A stretch of 64,000 bases of DNA from a virus (taxonomy: Duplodnaviria; Heunggongvirae; Uroviricota; Caudoviricetes): the IMG/VR virus record IMGVR_UViG_3300029468_000001; one strand, written 5' to 3'. The first letter of the stretch is position 1, and every line of letters begins with the position of its first letter. The notes below the pieces were generated by a model. The model ran no database searches. It saw nothing but the letters and a program-made list of their open reading frames with translations, and was not told the origin of the DNA. Positions 9,771 through 19,368 of this stretch are shown here, piece after piece. The position numbers were made by a program, and so were the translations under genes.

Positions 9771-9968
9771 TCAACCTCGTTTTGTTTTATACTTTGCGTA
9801 TTTCGACTCTCCAATACAGCCTTTGTATAATTTTCGCAAAGCAGAGCCAAGACCATTCTCCATGTCTTCGTTTACTTGTTCTGCTGTATCAGAAGCATTG
9901 CCTAAAATATCAGTTGCTTCAAACACATAACCTCATTCTCTATCCGTAAAATAAATACTTCTTCCCAT
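9771..9968 (-). pseudogene. small gene with an in-frame TGA
   Basis: MGRSIYFTDRE*GYVFEA... continues to a TGA in the 9769-9773 site arm. Confidence 0.5.
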
Positions 9969-9986
9969 TATATCTCCTTTAAATAG

Positions 9987-10280
9987 TTATCCATTCGCCT
10001 TAATTCCAAATAATTCACAAAGATCTTTATCTTGAACAATATCAACAATTTTAAAATATCTTCTTGCTATCTCATTAAACATATCCATTTGACAAATTGC
10101 TTCCGCTGCTTTAGGATGATTACTTTCTATAAAAGTTTTGTATTCCATCACTAAATCAGAAAATAATTCTTTTTCATTTTCTATTTTACAACTCATTCTA
10201 ATATAACTATTATAACATTCTTTCAATTTATCATTTGGGATACCTATAAATAGATTTCTTCTTCTCATAATACTCTCCAT
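9987..10280 (-). CDS. hypothetical protein (start approximate)
   Basis: Part of ORF 9987-10346; real start likely downstream of the 10294 site. Confidence 0.55.
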   Translation of the reverse strand: MESIMRRRNLFIGIPNDKLKECYNSYIRMSCKIENEKELFSDLVMEYKTFIESNHPKAAEAICQMDMFNEIARRYFKIVDIVQDKDLCELFGIKANG

Positions 10281-10299
10281 TTCTACAAAAGTTTGAAAG

Positions 10300-10536
10300 T
10301 TAAATTTCATCTGGTAGATAATGACCTTCAATATGATAATCTCCATTTTCCATATTGAGATCTGTATTTTCTTTCACCCACTCAATCAATTCATTAGGTG
10401 ATGAAAAATTAATCGCAACTGAAAAATCTTGACACAATGGCAATCCTTCACCAGAATAATCTTTATTCTCCACAATGTTACTCAATCCATATTTAGTTTC
10501 ATTTAATATAATAAAATATTTCCAACTACATTTCAT
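10300..10536 (-). CDS. hypothetical protein
   Basis: GGAGG RBS; stop lies within the 10294 site. Confidence 0.65.
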   Translation of the reverse strand: MKCSWKYFIILNETKYGLSNIVENKDYSGEGLPLCQDFSVAINFSSPNELIEWVKENTDLNMENGDYHIEGHYLPDEI

Positions 10537-10571
10537 TTAATATCCTCCTGAAACTATTCTTTCATCTGATA

Positions 10572-10853
10572 CTATTTCTTAGTATCTTTAAAAAGCACAA
10601 ACCTCTTATTTAAAATATCGACAAAAATTCCATAGCTGTTATTATCTTCGCCAATAGACTTTCCACATGGATACATAACATCCCGGACTTTTCTTCCATC
10701 ACTATACATCAATTCATATCTATCGAAGTAATTTAATGAATTTCCTACGACCTCAAAATCGTATTCTTTATTAATTTCCAGTGGATTCAAACTATCTTTT
10801 TGTGTATTATATTCATTATTATGTTTATTAACGCTTATAACTTTTACTATCAT
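10572..10853 (-). CDS. hypothetical protein
   Basis: GGAGGAG RBS. Confidence 0.65.
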   Translation of the reverse strand: MIVKVISVNKHNNEYNTQKDSLNPLEINKEYDFEVVGNSLNYFDRYELMYSDGRKVRDVMYPCGKSIGEDNNSYGIFVDILNKRFVLFKDTKK

Positions 10854-10921
10854 TAATTACTCCTCCATCATATAAACTATTATCTGTTATTTTACCACAT
10901 ATCAGTCAATTTGTCACTCAG

Positions 10922-11134
10922 CTATATATTTACCGCAGCTTCCAGATAATTATTCAATCTATTATATTCTGACATTGCCCGTAATAACTCAGGAGAACTA
11001 TAGAATAGAAATATAGTTCTATCTTCATCTTCATGACTCTTTTGAAATTTTTCCAATTCAAATCCTTTGAGCAAAAGGTATCCAGCTAATTTTCTTGAAT
11101 AAATCGTCTTATAAATACTTTTTGAAGTTGCCAT
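10922..11134 (-). CDS. DUF5659-like small phage protein
   Basis: IYSRKLAGYLLLKGF...IFLF pattern. Confidence 0.55.
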   Translation of the reverse strand: MATSKSIYKTIYSRKLAGYLLLKGFELEKFQKSHEDEDRTIFLFYSSPELLRAMSEYNRLNNYLEAAVNI

Positions 11135-11212
11135 GATTATTCCCCCATATGTAATATTTGTGTCGATATTTGTGTTGTTTGTAAGATTCTTATGTTAAAA
11201 ACTGGTTTTCAT

Positions 11213-11485
11213 CTATTCTTTTTCAACCATATCAAAAATTTCATCCCAATAAGAATAATTTTGTAATTTTTCTTGCGGAACTAATAATTCATATTCTTCT
11301 TCAATTTCTTCTCGTGATCCATATCCATTAAAACTAGGAAGACTACCAAATAATTCATTATGTTTTTCCATTTGTCTAAAAATAACAATGCTTTTCTCTG
11401 GAAAATTTCCCATGTGTGTAGCGTAGCTATCAATTTGAATAATTGACTTATCTTTTTTGTTTACATAAACATCTCCAAGCTTCAT
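11213..11485 (-). CDS. hypothetical protein (cassette-like)
   Basis: Flanked by sites sharing spacer ACTGGT. Confidence 0.7.
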   Translation of the reverse strand: MKLGDVYVNKKDKSIIQIDSYATHMGNFPEKSIVIFRQMEKHNELFGSLPSFNGYGSREEIEEEYELLVPQEKLQNYSYWDEIFDMVEKE

Positions 11486-11732
11486 ATCATTTCTCCCTAT
11501 TCTATACTGGTTTTCATCTAATCAATTCGTATTAAATCTCCATTAGAATCAGTTACCCATTTATCATTTACAGTTCCACTAACAACAACTTCCATTTTCT
11601 CATAATCTATATGAGCAAGAAGTCCCCTTTCAACCAACCAATTTCTTGCACGTTCTAACTCTTTTCTTGTCTGGAATCTCCATCCTGTCATTTGACCTTT
11701 AATCAATTTATTTCCTCCATGAAATTCTCGTT

Positions 11733-12071
11733 TCAAATTGACTTACATTCTCTGTATTCTGATTCTGTAATTAAACATTCATCATACATATCTTCAAGTG
11801 TTCTAAATACTGCAAAAGCTCTTCTACTTGACCAACAGAATCCATCAAATTCACCTATAAGTGCATCTGTATTTTCTTCTTCTTGTTCCTGCAATTTTAT
11901 TACCAAATCACTCTCACGAAAGAAAAATGCTTTATATTTAGCAGCCTTGATTCTTAACATTTCTATTTCGTATTCTTGTGAAGTTAATTTCTCTTGTGCA
12001 TTTAATAATTCCAATCCTGCACTTCCTAATGGACTGTTCTCAATTCTATTCTTAAAATATTTGTCATTCAT
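11733..12071 (-). CDS. hypothetical protein
   Basis: Stop TGA forms part of the 11720 site. Confidence 0.65.
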   Translation of the reverse strand: MNDKYFKNRIENSPLGSAGLELLNAQEKLTSQEYEIEMLRIKAAKYKAFFFRESDLVIKLQEQEEENTDALIGEFDGFCWSSRRAFAVFRTLEDMYDECLITESEYRECKSI

Positions 12072-12174
12072 AATTATTCTCCAATTATATTAACTCAACA
12101 GTGCAATAATAAATACCGCAATTCCTACATATGCAATTATACATCCTAAAGTGTACATATTCATTCCTCCAATA

Positions 12175-12729
12175 TCATTTATAAATGTTACTTGTAATAT
12201 GAACAGTCGCATAATATGTTCTTCCAATCTCTTTTGCGATTTCCACATTACCCTTATTCTGTTTCATAAGAACTTTAATTCTTCTTCGTTCTTCTGGTGT
12301 GATCTTGTTTCTATGCCTTTCTGGTATGTACGAATTTTTTATACTACACATCCAATCTGGCTCTGGTAATATAGAACCAGTTTCATATTTACGCCAGTTG
12401 ATTTCTGTTTTATGATTTTTCGCCCATTCCCAAAAGTTATCAGGATCAATCAGATATCGTGTCGAATTGGACACTTTAAACTTCTTACATGGAAGTTCTA
12501 ACTTTTCAATCCATCTGATCACAACAGATACATCACAATTGAATGCTTTTGCTATTGTTTTAGCAGCAAGACATTCTCCGCAGTAATGATTAAGACCTAA
12601 TTTCCTCGCCTTATGTTTAACAGATGATACACTTCTGTTCAAAAATTTTGCTGTAGTTTCAACTGATTGATATAGATACCTTCTATACATATAAGTTTCC
12701 TCATCTTTTGTCCATTCTCTTCTTCCCAT
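12175..12729 (-). CDS. multi-HTH DNA-binding protein
   Basis: WTKDEE...LNRSVSSVKHKA and C-terminal IAKEIGRT. Confidence 0.6.
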   Translation of the reverse strand: MGRREWTKDEETYMYRRYLYQSVETTAKFLNRSVSSVKHKARKLGLNHYCGECLAAKTIAKAFNCDVSVVIRWIEKLELPCKKFKVSNSTRYLIDPDNFWEWAKNHKTEINWRKYETGSILPEPDWMCSIKNSYIPERHRNKITPEERRRIKVLMKQNKGNVEIAKEIGRTYYATVHITSNIYK

Positions 12730-12908
12730 ACAATACCTCTTAAAACCTAATATAATTCACCTATGCAACATTTCCCTCAACCATACGTTAAAATTGAAGT
12801 TCTCCATATTTTCTTCTCTTTCTGTATAATTTCCATTATAATTACGGAAACAGTTTCCAGAATCACGTTTGTCTTTATCCCAACATGATACGTGCTTATT
12901 TGTCCTTT

Positions 12909-13127
12909 TCATTCTTTCTTCACCTCTTCCATCAGATATGACAATCCTTTACTATGGTGGCAGTTGAACCAATCATATACTTCATTTTTATTAGTTCCTT
13001 TTGAAAATGCATACCATGCAGTTTTAAGATTTCCGTTACGATCAACAGGAACGCTCTGAAATTTTTTCCATAATGCTTCTACATTTTTATCAATCGTGTC
13101 TTGTAATGTTAATTCTATTTCTTCCAT
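12909..13127 (-). CDS. hypothetical protein
   Basis: ORF in the tightly packed minus-strand run. Confidence 0.6.
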   Translation of the reverse strand: MEEIELTLQDTIDKNVEALWKKFQSVPVDRNGNLKTAWYAFSKGTNKNEVYDWFNCHHSKGLSYLMEEVKKE

Positions 13128-13271
13128 ATAGTTCTCCCATCATTTATGAATTTATTGTATGTTTTGCAAAAAGGATTAAAGCATCTATCTACTAACACAA
13201 ATTTCCCATTAACAAAATCAAAATACTGTTTTCTGCTTTTCTGTCCGCATACATAACAATAAATCATATTA

Positions 13272-13478
13272 TCACTCCATTCTTGATATTGAATTACAAA
13301 TTTTCTTATTGAGTCTCTGATATATTTCCGCTGACTCATCTAATGCTTTAATTACAGATGTTTCACATGTTAATTTTTCTGCTTTGTAAACATTGTCAAT
13401 TAAACAAATCAAACCATTTGATAAAATACTTATTTCCTTTGATGTAAGTTCCAATTTGATTTTTCCATTATTATTCAT
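13272..13478 (-). CDS. hypothetical protein
   Basis: AAAGGAG RBS after the 13493 site. Confidence 0.6.
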   Translation of the reverse strand: MNNNGKIKLELTSKEISILSNGLICLIDNVYKAEKLTCETSVIKALDESAEIYQRLNKKICNSISRME

Positions 13479-14016
13479 ATTTTCTCCTTTTCTGAAATCA
13501 TCATTTCATGCCAATTCTAACCAATATGAGTTTTTTAATCCTCTTGCTGTTTTTATCGTCCCATCACAGATTTTAAATTTTACACCTAATAACATTGCTG
13601 TATTTCCATTTATCTCATATCCTTTACTCTTTAAGTAATGTAAAAATTTATTCATCTTTATTCTCCTTATATTTTCTTAAAATAGTTTCAATTTTATCCG
13701 CAAATTTAGATGTTGTAAGTGTCGGTGTACCATTTAATGCGTTCATAACTATCTGAATTTCTTTTTCTGTTAACATGATTACCTCCATTTTCAGCATGAA
13801 ACTCTTGTTTCATTTATATTCTTATTTATTGTTAAGCACATTTTCCAACGCAATAATTGTTCTTAATGCTTTCATGGCTTCATTCAATTCTAATCTTCCG
13901 ACTTTAATCTCACTAGAATTTGCTAATGCTTCTCGTTTTGCTTTTTTCAACTTTCCTAACGCTTTTTGTTTATCCATAATTTTTACCTCATGATTCTATT
14001 AATGCTCTTGTTTCAT

Positions 14017-14244
14017 CTACACTCTTTTATTCCACATTTTAATTACTGTATATTCTTGCTGTGCATATCCAGGATTAATCATTGCCATACAACCAGTGCA
14101 GAAGATTCTATATCTATCTCCTGCGTTGTGTTTGTATTTGTCAATAACTATTTCCTTTCCACCGCAAAATGGACAAGGTTTTATTTCATCTTCTTTGCAT
14201 TTTCTAATTTCGCCTAATGTAAAATCGTTCATATTATTTTCCAC
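14017..14244 (-). CDS. Lar-family restriction-alleviation-like zinc-finger protein
   Basis: KPCPFCGG...CTGC...WNKR. Confidence 0.7.
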   Translation of the reverse strand: MENNMNDFTLGEIRKCKEDEIKPCPFCGGKEIVIDKYKHNAGDRYRIFCTGCMAMINPGYAQQEYTVIKMWNKRV

Positions 14245-14269
14245 CTTCCATTAAACCTTTGTTTCAAAA

Positions 14270-14602
14270 TTATTCACATTCTGTTTTGATTCTTGAACCA
14301 ACAAAAAACCAATTCTTAGGTTGACTTCTCCATGAATTAGGATCAGCTTCTTTATGTTTGTTGTCATATCCGATTAATAAATTATTTCTATCCAATGAAT
14401 TAACAGTTCTCCCATTAATCTTATAATCATAAATAGGTAAACATTCTTTTTCACCTGTTTTATGAATAATAAATCGTACTCTCCAAAAATCATTAATATA
14501 TCTCAAAAATACATTTCCCTTACCATATTTTGATTCTAAATATTTATATTGTTCTATTACTTCATTCTGTTTTGGTGTAAGTTTCATATTTTCTTCCTCC
14601 AA
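14270..14602 (-). CDS. hypothetical protein
   Basis: Bounded by the 14251 and 14612 sites. Confidence 0.65.
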   Translation of the reverse strand: MEEENMKLTPKQNEVIEQYKYLESKYGKGNVFLRYINDFWRVRFIIHKTGEKECLPIYDYKINGRTVNSLDRNNLLIGYDNKHKEADPNSWRSQPKNWFFVGSRIKTECE

Positions 14603-15004
14603 TTCTCAATTTGAAATATCTCTTTCATCTAATATTCTTCATCCTGATATGCAAAATTTAAACGTTCTCGCATATCTTCAATCTGAAAATGTAAACTGAT
14701 CAATGTATCTTCATCTGCATCTTCATTTACTGTATTCTGATATTCTTTTTTTAACTTTTTAAATTCTTTTTCCAGCTTACAAGAATTCTCATGTTGTCTA
14801 TACATTTATTATTCATCCAATCATTCAACAATAATTTCCATTGAAAAATTAACAGGTGTTATTCTTTTTACTGTCATATCTTTATACGGACATAACGATT
14901 TTTCAACATATGGTGTTTCTACATCGAGTAATATTTTATCTTCCGTTGCTAATATTATCGAATCAGTGTTTAACACTTCCAATAAATCTTTAACCAACAT
15001 AATC

Positions 15005-15208
15005 TTATTTCCTTTCCAATACTTTACAACAACGATCTGCAAGCTCTTCCATCTGTTCTTCTGTGATATGTCTGAATTTCCAACACCAGTCAATTCTATT
15101 ACATATCCAGTCAATACTTTTATCATGCCAAGGTTTATATTCTTCATAAGATTTTAAAGCATTGTCAATTTCTTGATAATAATTTCTATGTTTCTTTTCT
15201 TTCTTCAT
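15005..15208 (-). CDS. hypothetical protein
   Basis: GGAG RBS and ATG start. Confidence 0.6.
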   Translation of the reverse strand: MKKEKKHRNYYQEIDNALKSYEEYKPWHDKSIDWICNRIDWCWKFRHITEEQMEELADRCCKVLERK

Positions 15209-15273
15209 ACTTCATATTCTCCAATTTAAACAGGTGGCACTCTATATCAAGCACCACCTTTATGTATGTAATA

Positions 15274-15993
15274 TTAGCGTTCTGTATATTCCCATCCAGC
15301 AATAAAGTCAAATGCTTCATTATAATATAATGGGTTCAAATCCTTGTAAGAACTACATCCAAACTTTTCTTTTAGCTCATTCCACATATTAATGAAATAG
15401 CTTTTAGAATAACATTTATATTTAGTTCCATGCGCTCCATCCAGAAGTTTATTGATTCTGTCTTTTGCTGCTTTGTATAACTTCTGTTGCTGTCTAGTGG
15501 ATAATGTCATATTTTCCACCATTCTGTTGAGCATTTCTGTCTGTTCTCCAAGAAGATCTTCCATTGCGTTAATCTGAACTGTTTGACCTTCCAACTGCTT
15601 CTCAATAGCACTTCTAAAAGTATTAAAATCAATTCCAACAATAGAAGTATTTGTTTCTTTAGTCATTTCATATTTTCCAGTCTTACGAATAGTCGGAAGA
15701 ACTTCTGTTGTTACCCATAATCGAAATGGTTTAGCGATAGGTTTCTTACTTCTTAACACCAAAGTATAAAATCCAGATTCACTAATAACATTAGCTTCAC
15801 CTTGACGACCTAAGTTGAACTTAGACCGTTCATAAGGCTCTAAACTTGCCATTGCTACCGTTGGATTGCTATGCTCTAAAATCTTACACACGTCAGTTGC
15901 AACAAACCAAGGTTCATTGTCAATTAAAACCATTCTGATTTCCCCAAAATCACCATTAGTAAATACTTTGATCTCATTTCTTTCCATTTGCAA
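15274..15993 (-). CDS. BRO-N / ORF6C antirepressor
   Basis: FGEIR...PWFVATDVC...ISESGFY...WVTTEVLPTIRKTG; C-terminal LKEKFGCSSYKD. Confidence 0.85.
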   Translation of the reverse strand: MQMERNEIKVFTNGDFGEIRMVLIDNEPWFVATDVCKILEHSNPTVAMASLEPYERSKFNLGRQGEANVISESGFYTLVLRSKKPIAKPFRLWVTTEVLPTIRKTGKYEMTKETNTSIVGIDFNTFRSAIEKQLEGQTVQINAMEDLLGEQTEMLNRMVENMTLSTRQQQKLYKAAKDRINKLLDGAHGTKYKCYSKSYFINMWNELKEKFGCSSYKDLNPLYYNEAFDFIAGWEYTER

Positions 15994-16059
15994 TTCCTCC
16001 TGTACTTGCGTGTTATTTAGTTATCAATGTGCATCTGTAAAATATTGGAAATTTTCTGA

Positions 16060-16170
16060 TTGACTAACCAGTAAGAATTAGATATACTAGAATAGTCAAT
16101 CCGCTTTGGCGATTGATGTCTGGAAGAGGTTTGTTGCTGTGGTAGGCGCTAACCTCTTCTTTTTTATTTT
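16060..16170 (+). ncRNA. candidate antisense sRNA (promoter plus terminator)
   Basis: TTGACT-17-TATACT (16060-16088); stem 16123-16131/16151-16159 followed by T-tract. Confidence 0.5.
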
Positions 16171-16346
16171 TCCTGTTGATATATGTCGTAGGAAATATTC
16201 TTCTTGATCTGAATTTTTCCATCAACAAAACCTTGCATTAACACTTCTATAGCTTCATTAAGTTTAAACCCTTGTTTCTTGCATTCAGTCTTAAAAGCGT
16301 TCTGTATAGTTTCCTCAACAGGAGTTGCAAAATTCTTTCTTGCCAT
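16164..16346 (-). CDS. small ribbon-helix-helix-like protein
   Basis: MARKNFATPVEETIQNAFK; paralogue of 8721-8945. Confidence 0.65.
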   Translation of the reverse strand: MARKNFATPVEETIQNAFKTECKKQGFKLNEAIEVLMQGFVDGKIQIKKNISYDIYQQEK

Positions 16347-16493
16347 TGCTTTATCTCCTTTACAATTAGTATATTATCATTCTTTTACTTATTTGTCAAC
16401 TAGCTTTTTATTATTTATTTACTTATTTTCAATTCATAAGCACTATCGTAGTTGCTAAAATTTCCATTCTAGCAGCCACTAACTACAAACGAA

Positions 16494-16772
16494 TCATGCT
16501 ATATGTAATCCTGATGCTTTCAATAATGCTTCAAATGCGCTAATCAATTCCATGCGCATTCTTCTTTTAGAGGTAACACCTTTTCCACCTACTCTTATAC
16601 TATCATCCAGGCGTGTTCTGTATTTCTTTCCTTTAGAATCCGTGAACATATCGACTTCTTCTATTACTCCATTGTCTAATTGCATTCTCATGAATGTATG
16701 TGTATATGGTTTGTTTCCATCTGTATATTCGATAAAGCTTGCTAAATTCTGCATATGTATTTCCTCCATCAA
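16494..16772 (-). CDS. hypothetical protein
   Basis: ORF with GGAGG RBS. Confidence 0.55.
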   Translation of the reverse strand: MMEEIHMQNLASFIEYTDGNKPYTHTFMRMQLDNGVIEEVDMFTDSKGKKYRTRLDDSIRVGGKGVTSKRRMRMELISAFEALLKASGLHIA

Positions 16773-16838
16773 CTAAATATCGCAATTATAATAAGTATCG
16801 TAAGTACAATTCCCAAACAATAACCTAACTCGTACATT

Positions 16839-17276
16839 TTAATCTTCTCCTTTAATTACATATTCACTCCAAATAAAGTGATCTCTTACATATGTTTCTA
16901 CTTCTTCTAACCAATCAAATTTTTCATATTTTCCATTTTCAAAATCAATTGCCATTTCCGCAATTTCCTTTGCTAACACTACACTATCTACTTTGTCGCT
17001 ACTAATAGGATAAACAATTCCTTCGTCTGCCATATCGTAATAAAACTGCATCATAAGAGCAGAAGTTTCGGAAATTTTCCGTTCACGTTCTGTCCTTTCA
17101 CCAAAACGAATCATCTTTAAGATTTCCAGAATCCTGTTTGTATATCCATGAATACCTTCGTACATTAACCAACAATCAAGAATTTCAAATTCTGTATATT
17201 TCTGTTTTATTTCCTCTAATGTTGTATAGTTTGTTTCATTCATATAGTTGAATGCTTCAAGCAATGATCTTTCCAT
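16839..17276 (-). CDS. hypothetical protein
   Basis: AGGAGG RBS. Confidence 0.65.
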   Translation of the reverse strand: MERSLLEAFNYMNETNYTTLEEIKQKYTEFEILDCWLMYEGIHGYTNRILEILKMIRFGERTERERKISETSALMMQFYYDMADEGIVYPISSDKVDSVVLAKEIAEMAIDFENGKYEKFDWLEEVETYVRDHFIWSEYVIKGED

Positions 17277-17438
17277 CGTTTATTCCTCCTGTTTTTTGAA
17301 TATAAAAATAACCTCATAGATATATTCTCTACAAGGCTATAAAAGATACATTTCATCGTCAATTATGCGACTTTCCCTCTTTGTAAATCAGATAACAATG
17401 ATTCTAATTGTTCTAATTTCCATTCTGCATCTATATTG

Positions 17439-17855
17439 TTAAATCATTATATAAGTTTCGCCATCTCCCTTGTTAGCTGCCTCTTCTGCCTCTTCCATGC
17501 TAGAATAAACGCCAAGTGTTTCATAACTTGGTGTTTCGACAACTTCGATTTTCATTGGAGTTGTCTCTAACGTGTCTATAAAGCCCGTCTGCACGAGCTT
17601 TTTTTCATCCTCGTCATACTCAAATTCGTTTTCTTCAATCACATATTCCTCAACTGAGTAAAACGTCATATTGTGATTTTCAAACTTGCTGACGCTTGTC
17701 TTGCGTTTTGCAAGTTCCTTTTTAGCCTCTTCCAGATCGTCAAACGTTTTTATGTATTCGGGATCCGGATCCAAAGCTGTACATCCTTGTTTGATCTCTC
17801 TTCTGTCTCTGCGGTTAAATTCCATCGTTCTTTTTACTAAATCATATTTTCTCAT
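17439..17855 (-). CDS. hypothetical protein
   Basis: GGAGG RBS; somewhat higher GC than neighbours. Confidence 0.65.
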   Translation of the reverse strand: MRKYDLVKRTMEFNRRDRREIKQGCTALDPDPEYIKTFDDLEEAKKELAKRKTSVSKFENHNMTFYSVEEYVIEENEFEYDEDEKKLVQTGFIDTLETTPMKIEVVETPSYETLGVYSSMEEAEEAANKGDGETYIMI

Positions 17856-17899
17856 GTCTATTCCTCCATCACGTTCTTATCTCTATATTATTGATTATA

Positions 17900-18136
17900 T
17901 TATAATGCTTTTAATTTCACAATACCATTATATATAGTAAATTTCCCATATACATAATGGTCTTGTGTAAAATCATAGTCGTAAACGTGCCATAATTCCA
18001 ATTCAGTGTTACATTTATATCTGTTCTTATTCAAGATGTCACAAATTTTCTTTGCGCTTCTATCAGAAGCAAAGAAAGCATATGTTTTTGAATGTAAATA
18101 TTCCGTTCCCTTACTTGTCATTGCAATTAATTTCAT
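17900..18136 (-). CDS. hypothetical protein
   Basis: ORF with RBS. Confidence 0.55.
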   Translation of the reverse strand: MKLIAMTSKGTEYLHSKTYAFFASDRSAKKICDILNKNRYKCNTELELWHVYDYDFTQDHYVYGKFTIYNGIVKLKAL

Positions 18137-18224
18137 GTTATCAATTCCTTCCTTATTATATACTTGTTTAATCGTTCAATCGGCACATAGAAATATTTTC
18201 CGTGTGCCTATCAGCGGTCAAACA

Positions 18225-18407
18225 TTATTCTGTTAATTCTTCTATTGTTTCACATAATCTTAACAGTACAGCTTTTACTACACTATTTCCGTCAAGTTGT
18301 GATAGTTCATTGTACAGTTCTGTTTCCGCTTCTTCTCTGTTTTCTTCATCGTCATAACCATCGGAAATACAATCAATAATTTTTCTTGCTAGTTCTATAC
18401 TATTCAT
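18225..18407 (-). CDS. hypothetical protein
   Basis: Start MNSIEL after GGAGG, downstream of the 18424 site. Confidence 0.6.
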   Translation of the reverse strand: MNSIELARKIIDCISDGYDDEENREEAETELYNELSQLDGNSVVKAVLLRLCETIEELTE

Positions 18408-18657
18408 TTTATTTCCTCCTATCTGAAATTGTACTTTCATCTATTCTTTATTTCCGATATACTTCTATCGGTTTAGCACCTTCGGCTTCTAAGCTATCTA
18501 AAAGTCCGTAAATAGCTTTATTAAGTGTGCTTTTCTTTACTGCCATATCAGTAAAGCTTTTCTGATTTGGAACTGATATATTATATCCGTTTTCGCATTC
18601 TGTTATATGTATATTATTTCCGTTTGACCAGATGTTAATTACCATGCTTTCCACCTC

Positions 18658-19164
18658 CTATTCTATAAAGTCCCAACGTTCTATTACATCATCATCGTAA
18701 TTGCTATATGGATTATAAACGCAATAGGTAATAATGATATCACCTTTTCTTGCATCTTTTACGCTTGCATATGAGATATAATAGCCTCCGTTCACAGGTG
18801 GATTAAGAATCTTTCCATTCTTCTTATTATCGGTTACTTTTCCGATAATGCGCTCAATGTACATGATATGATGCTTTTTGTTGCTTCTATGGGTCAACAT
18901 TTTTTCCGTTAATTTGTTGCAATCAATAACTTTTGTGATAGGTGCATTTTTTGCGACATCTGTATATGTTCTAGCCTGTACTACAGGTGCAAAAGTGTTT
19001 CCGATAACTGCTAATGTTGTAAGTGTTACAACTAAAGCTTTCTTTAATTTTCCATTTAACATTGTTCTTCCCTCTTTCTTTCTATATATGTATTCTCTTA
19101 GTAACCTCTTAAAAGCCAATCCAGAAACATCCAGACAGGTAAAGTAAATAAAAAGAATGCGCAA
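18658..19164 (-). CDS. hypothetical secreted/membrane protein (start probably MLNGK)
   Basis: Signal-peptide-like KKALVVTLTTLAVIG...VQA. Confidence 0.55.
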   Translation of the reverse strand: MRILFIYFTCLDVSGLAFKRLLREYIYRKKEGRTMLNGKLKKALVVTLTTLAVIGNTFAPVVQARTYTDVAKNAPITKVIDCNKLTEKMLTHRSNKKHHIMYIERIIGKVTDNKKNGKILNPPVNGGYYISYASVKDARKGDIIITYCVYNPYSNYDDDVIERWDFIE

Positions 19165-19368
19165 ATATATGTAAGTGCATTCTTGATTTTGCGGTTGCGT
19201 TCCTGTTTAAACTTTGATTTCCAGTAACTTCTAGTTCCTAAAACGATTCTTTCCATAATTATTTCCCTCTCTTATGTTGTGTTGTCGTGTTATTTGCCAT
19301 TATATGCACTATAACAGACACGACTGTTGGTTATACGGTCATGCCCTATTTAGTGATTATAAAGCGGT

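Larger units (their letters stand above)
4085..18439 (-). repeat. dispersed 16-bp palindromic junction site T(G/A)AAA-N6-TTTCA, about 20 copies
   Basis: Copies at 4798, 5228, 5634, 9008, 9758, 10294, 10549, 11196, 11720, 13493, 13797, 14251, 14612, 17340, 18424; degenerate at 773, 4085, 9192, 11501, 14000. Confidence 0.85.

Noticed and set aside
9933..9935. Stop-codon reassignment suggested by the internal TGA
   Set aside because: Large genes are uninterrupted in the standard code, all three stops are used, and no suppressor tRNA is present.
13675..13690. Further possible junction sites (13675, 9493)
   Set aside because: Arm or spacer length deviates too far for AT-rich DNA; not counted.
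4085..18439. CRISPR array or classical integron attC sites
   Set aside because: Repeats are 16 bp, irregularly spaced by whole genes, and lack GTTRRRY R-boxes and long attC hairpins; no cas genes seen.
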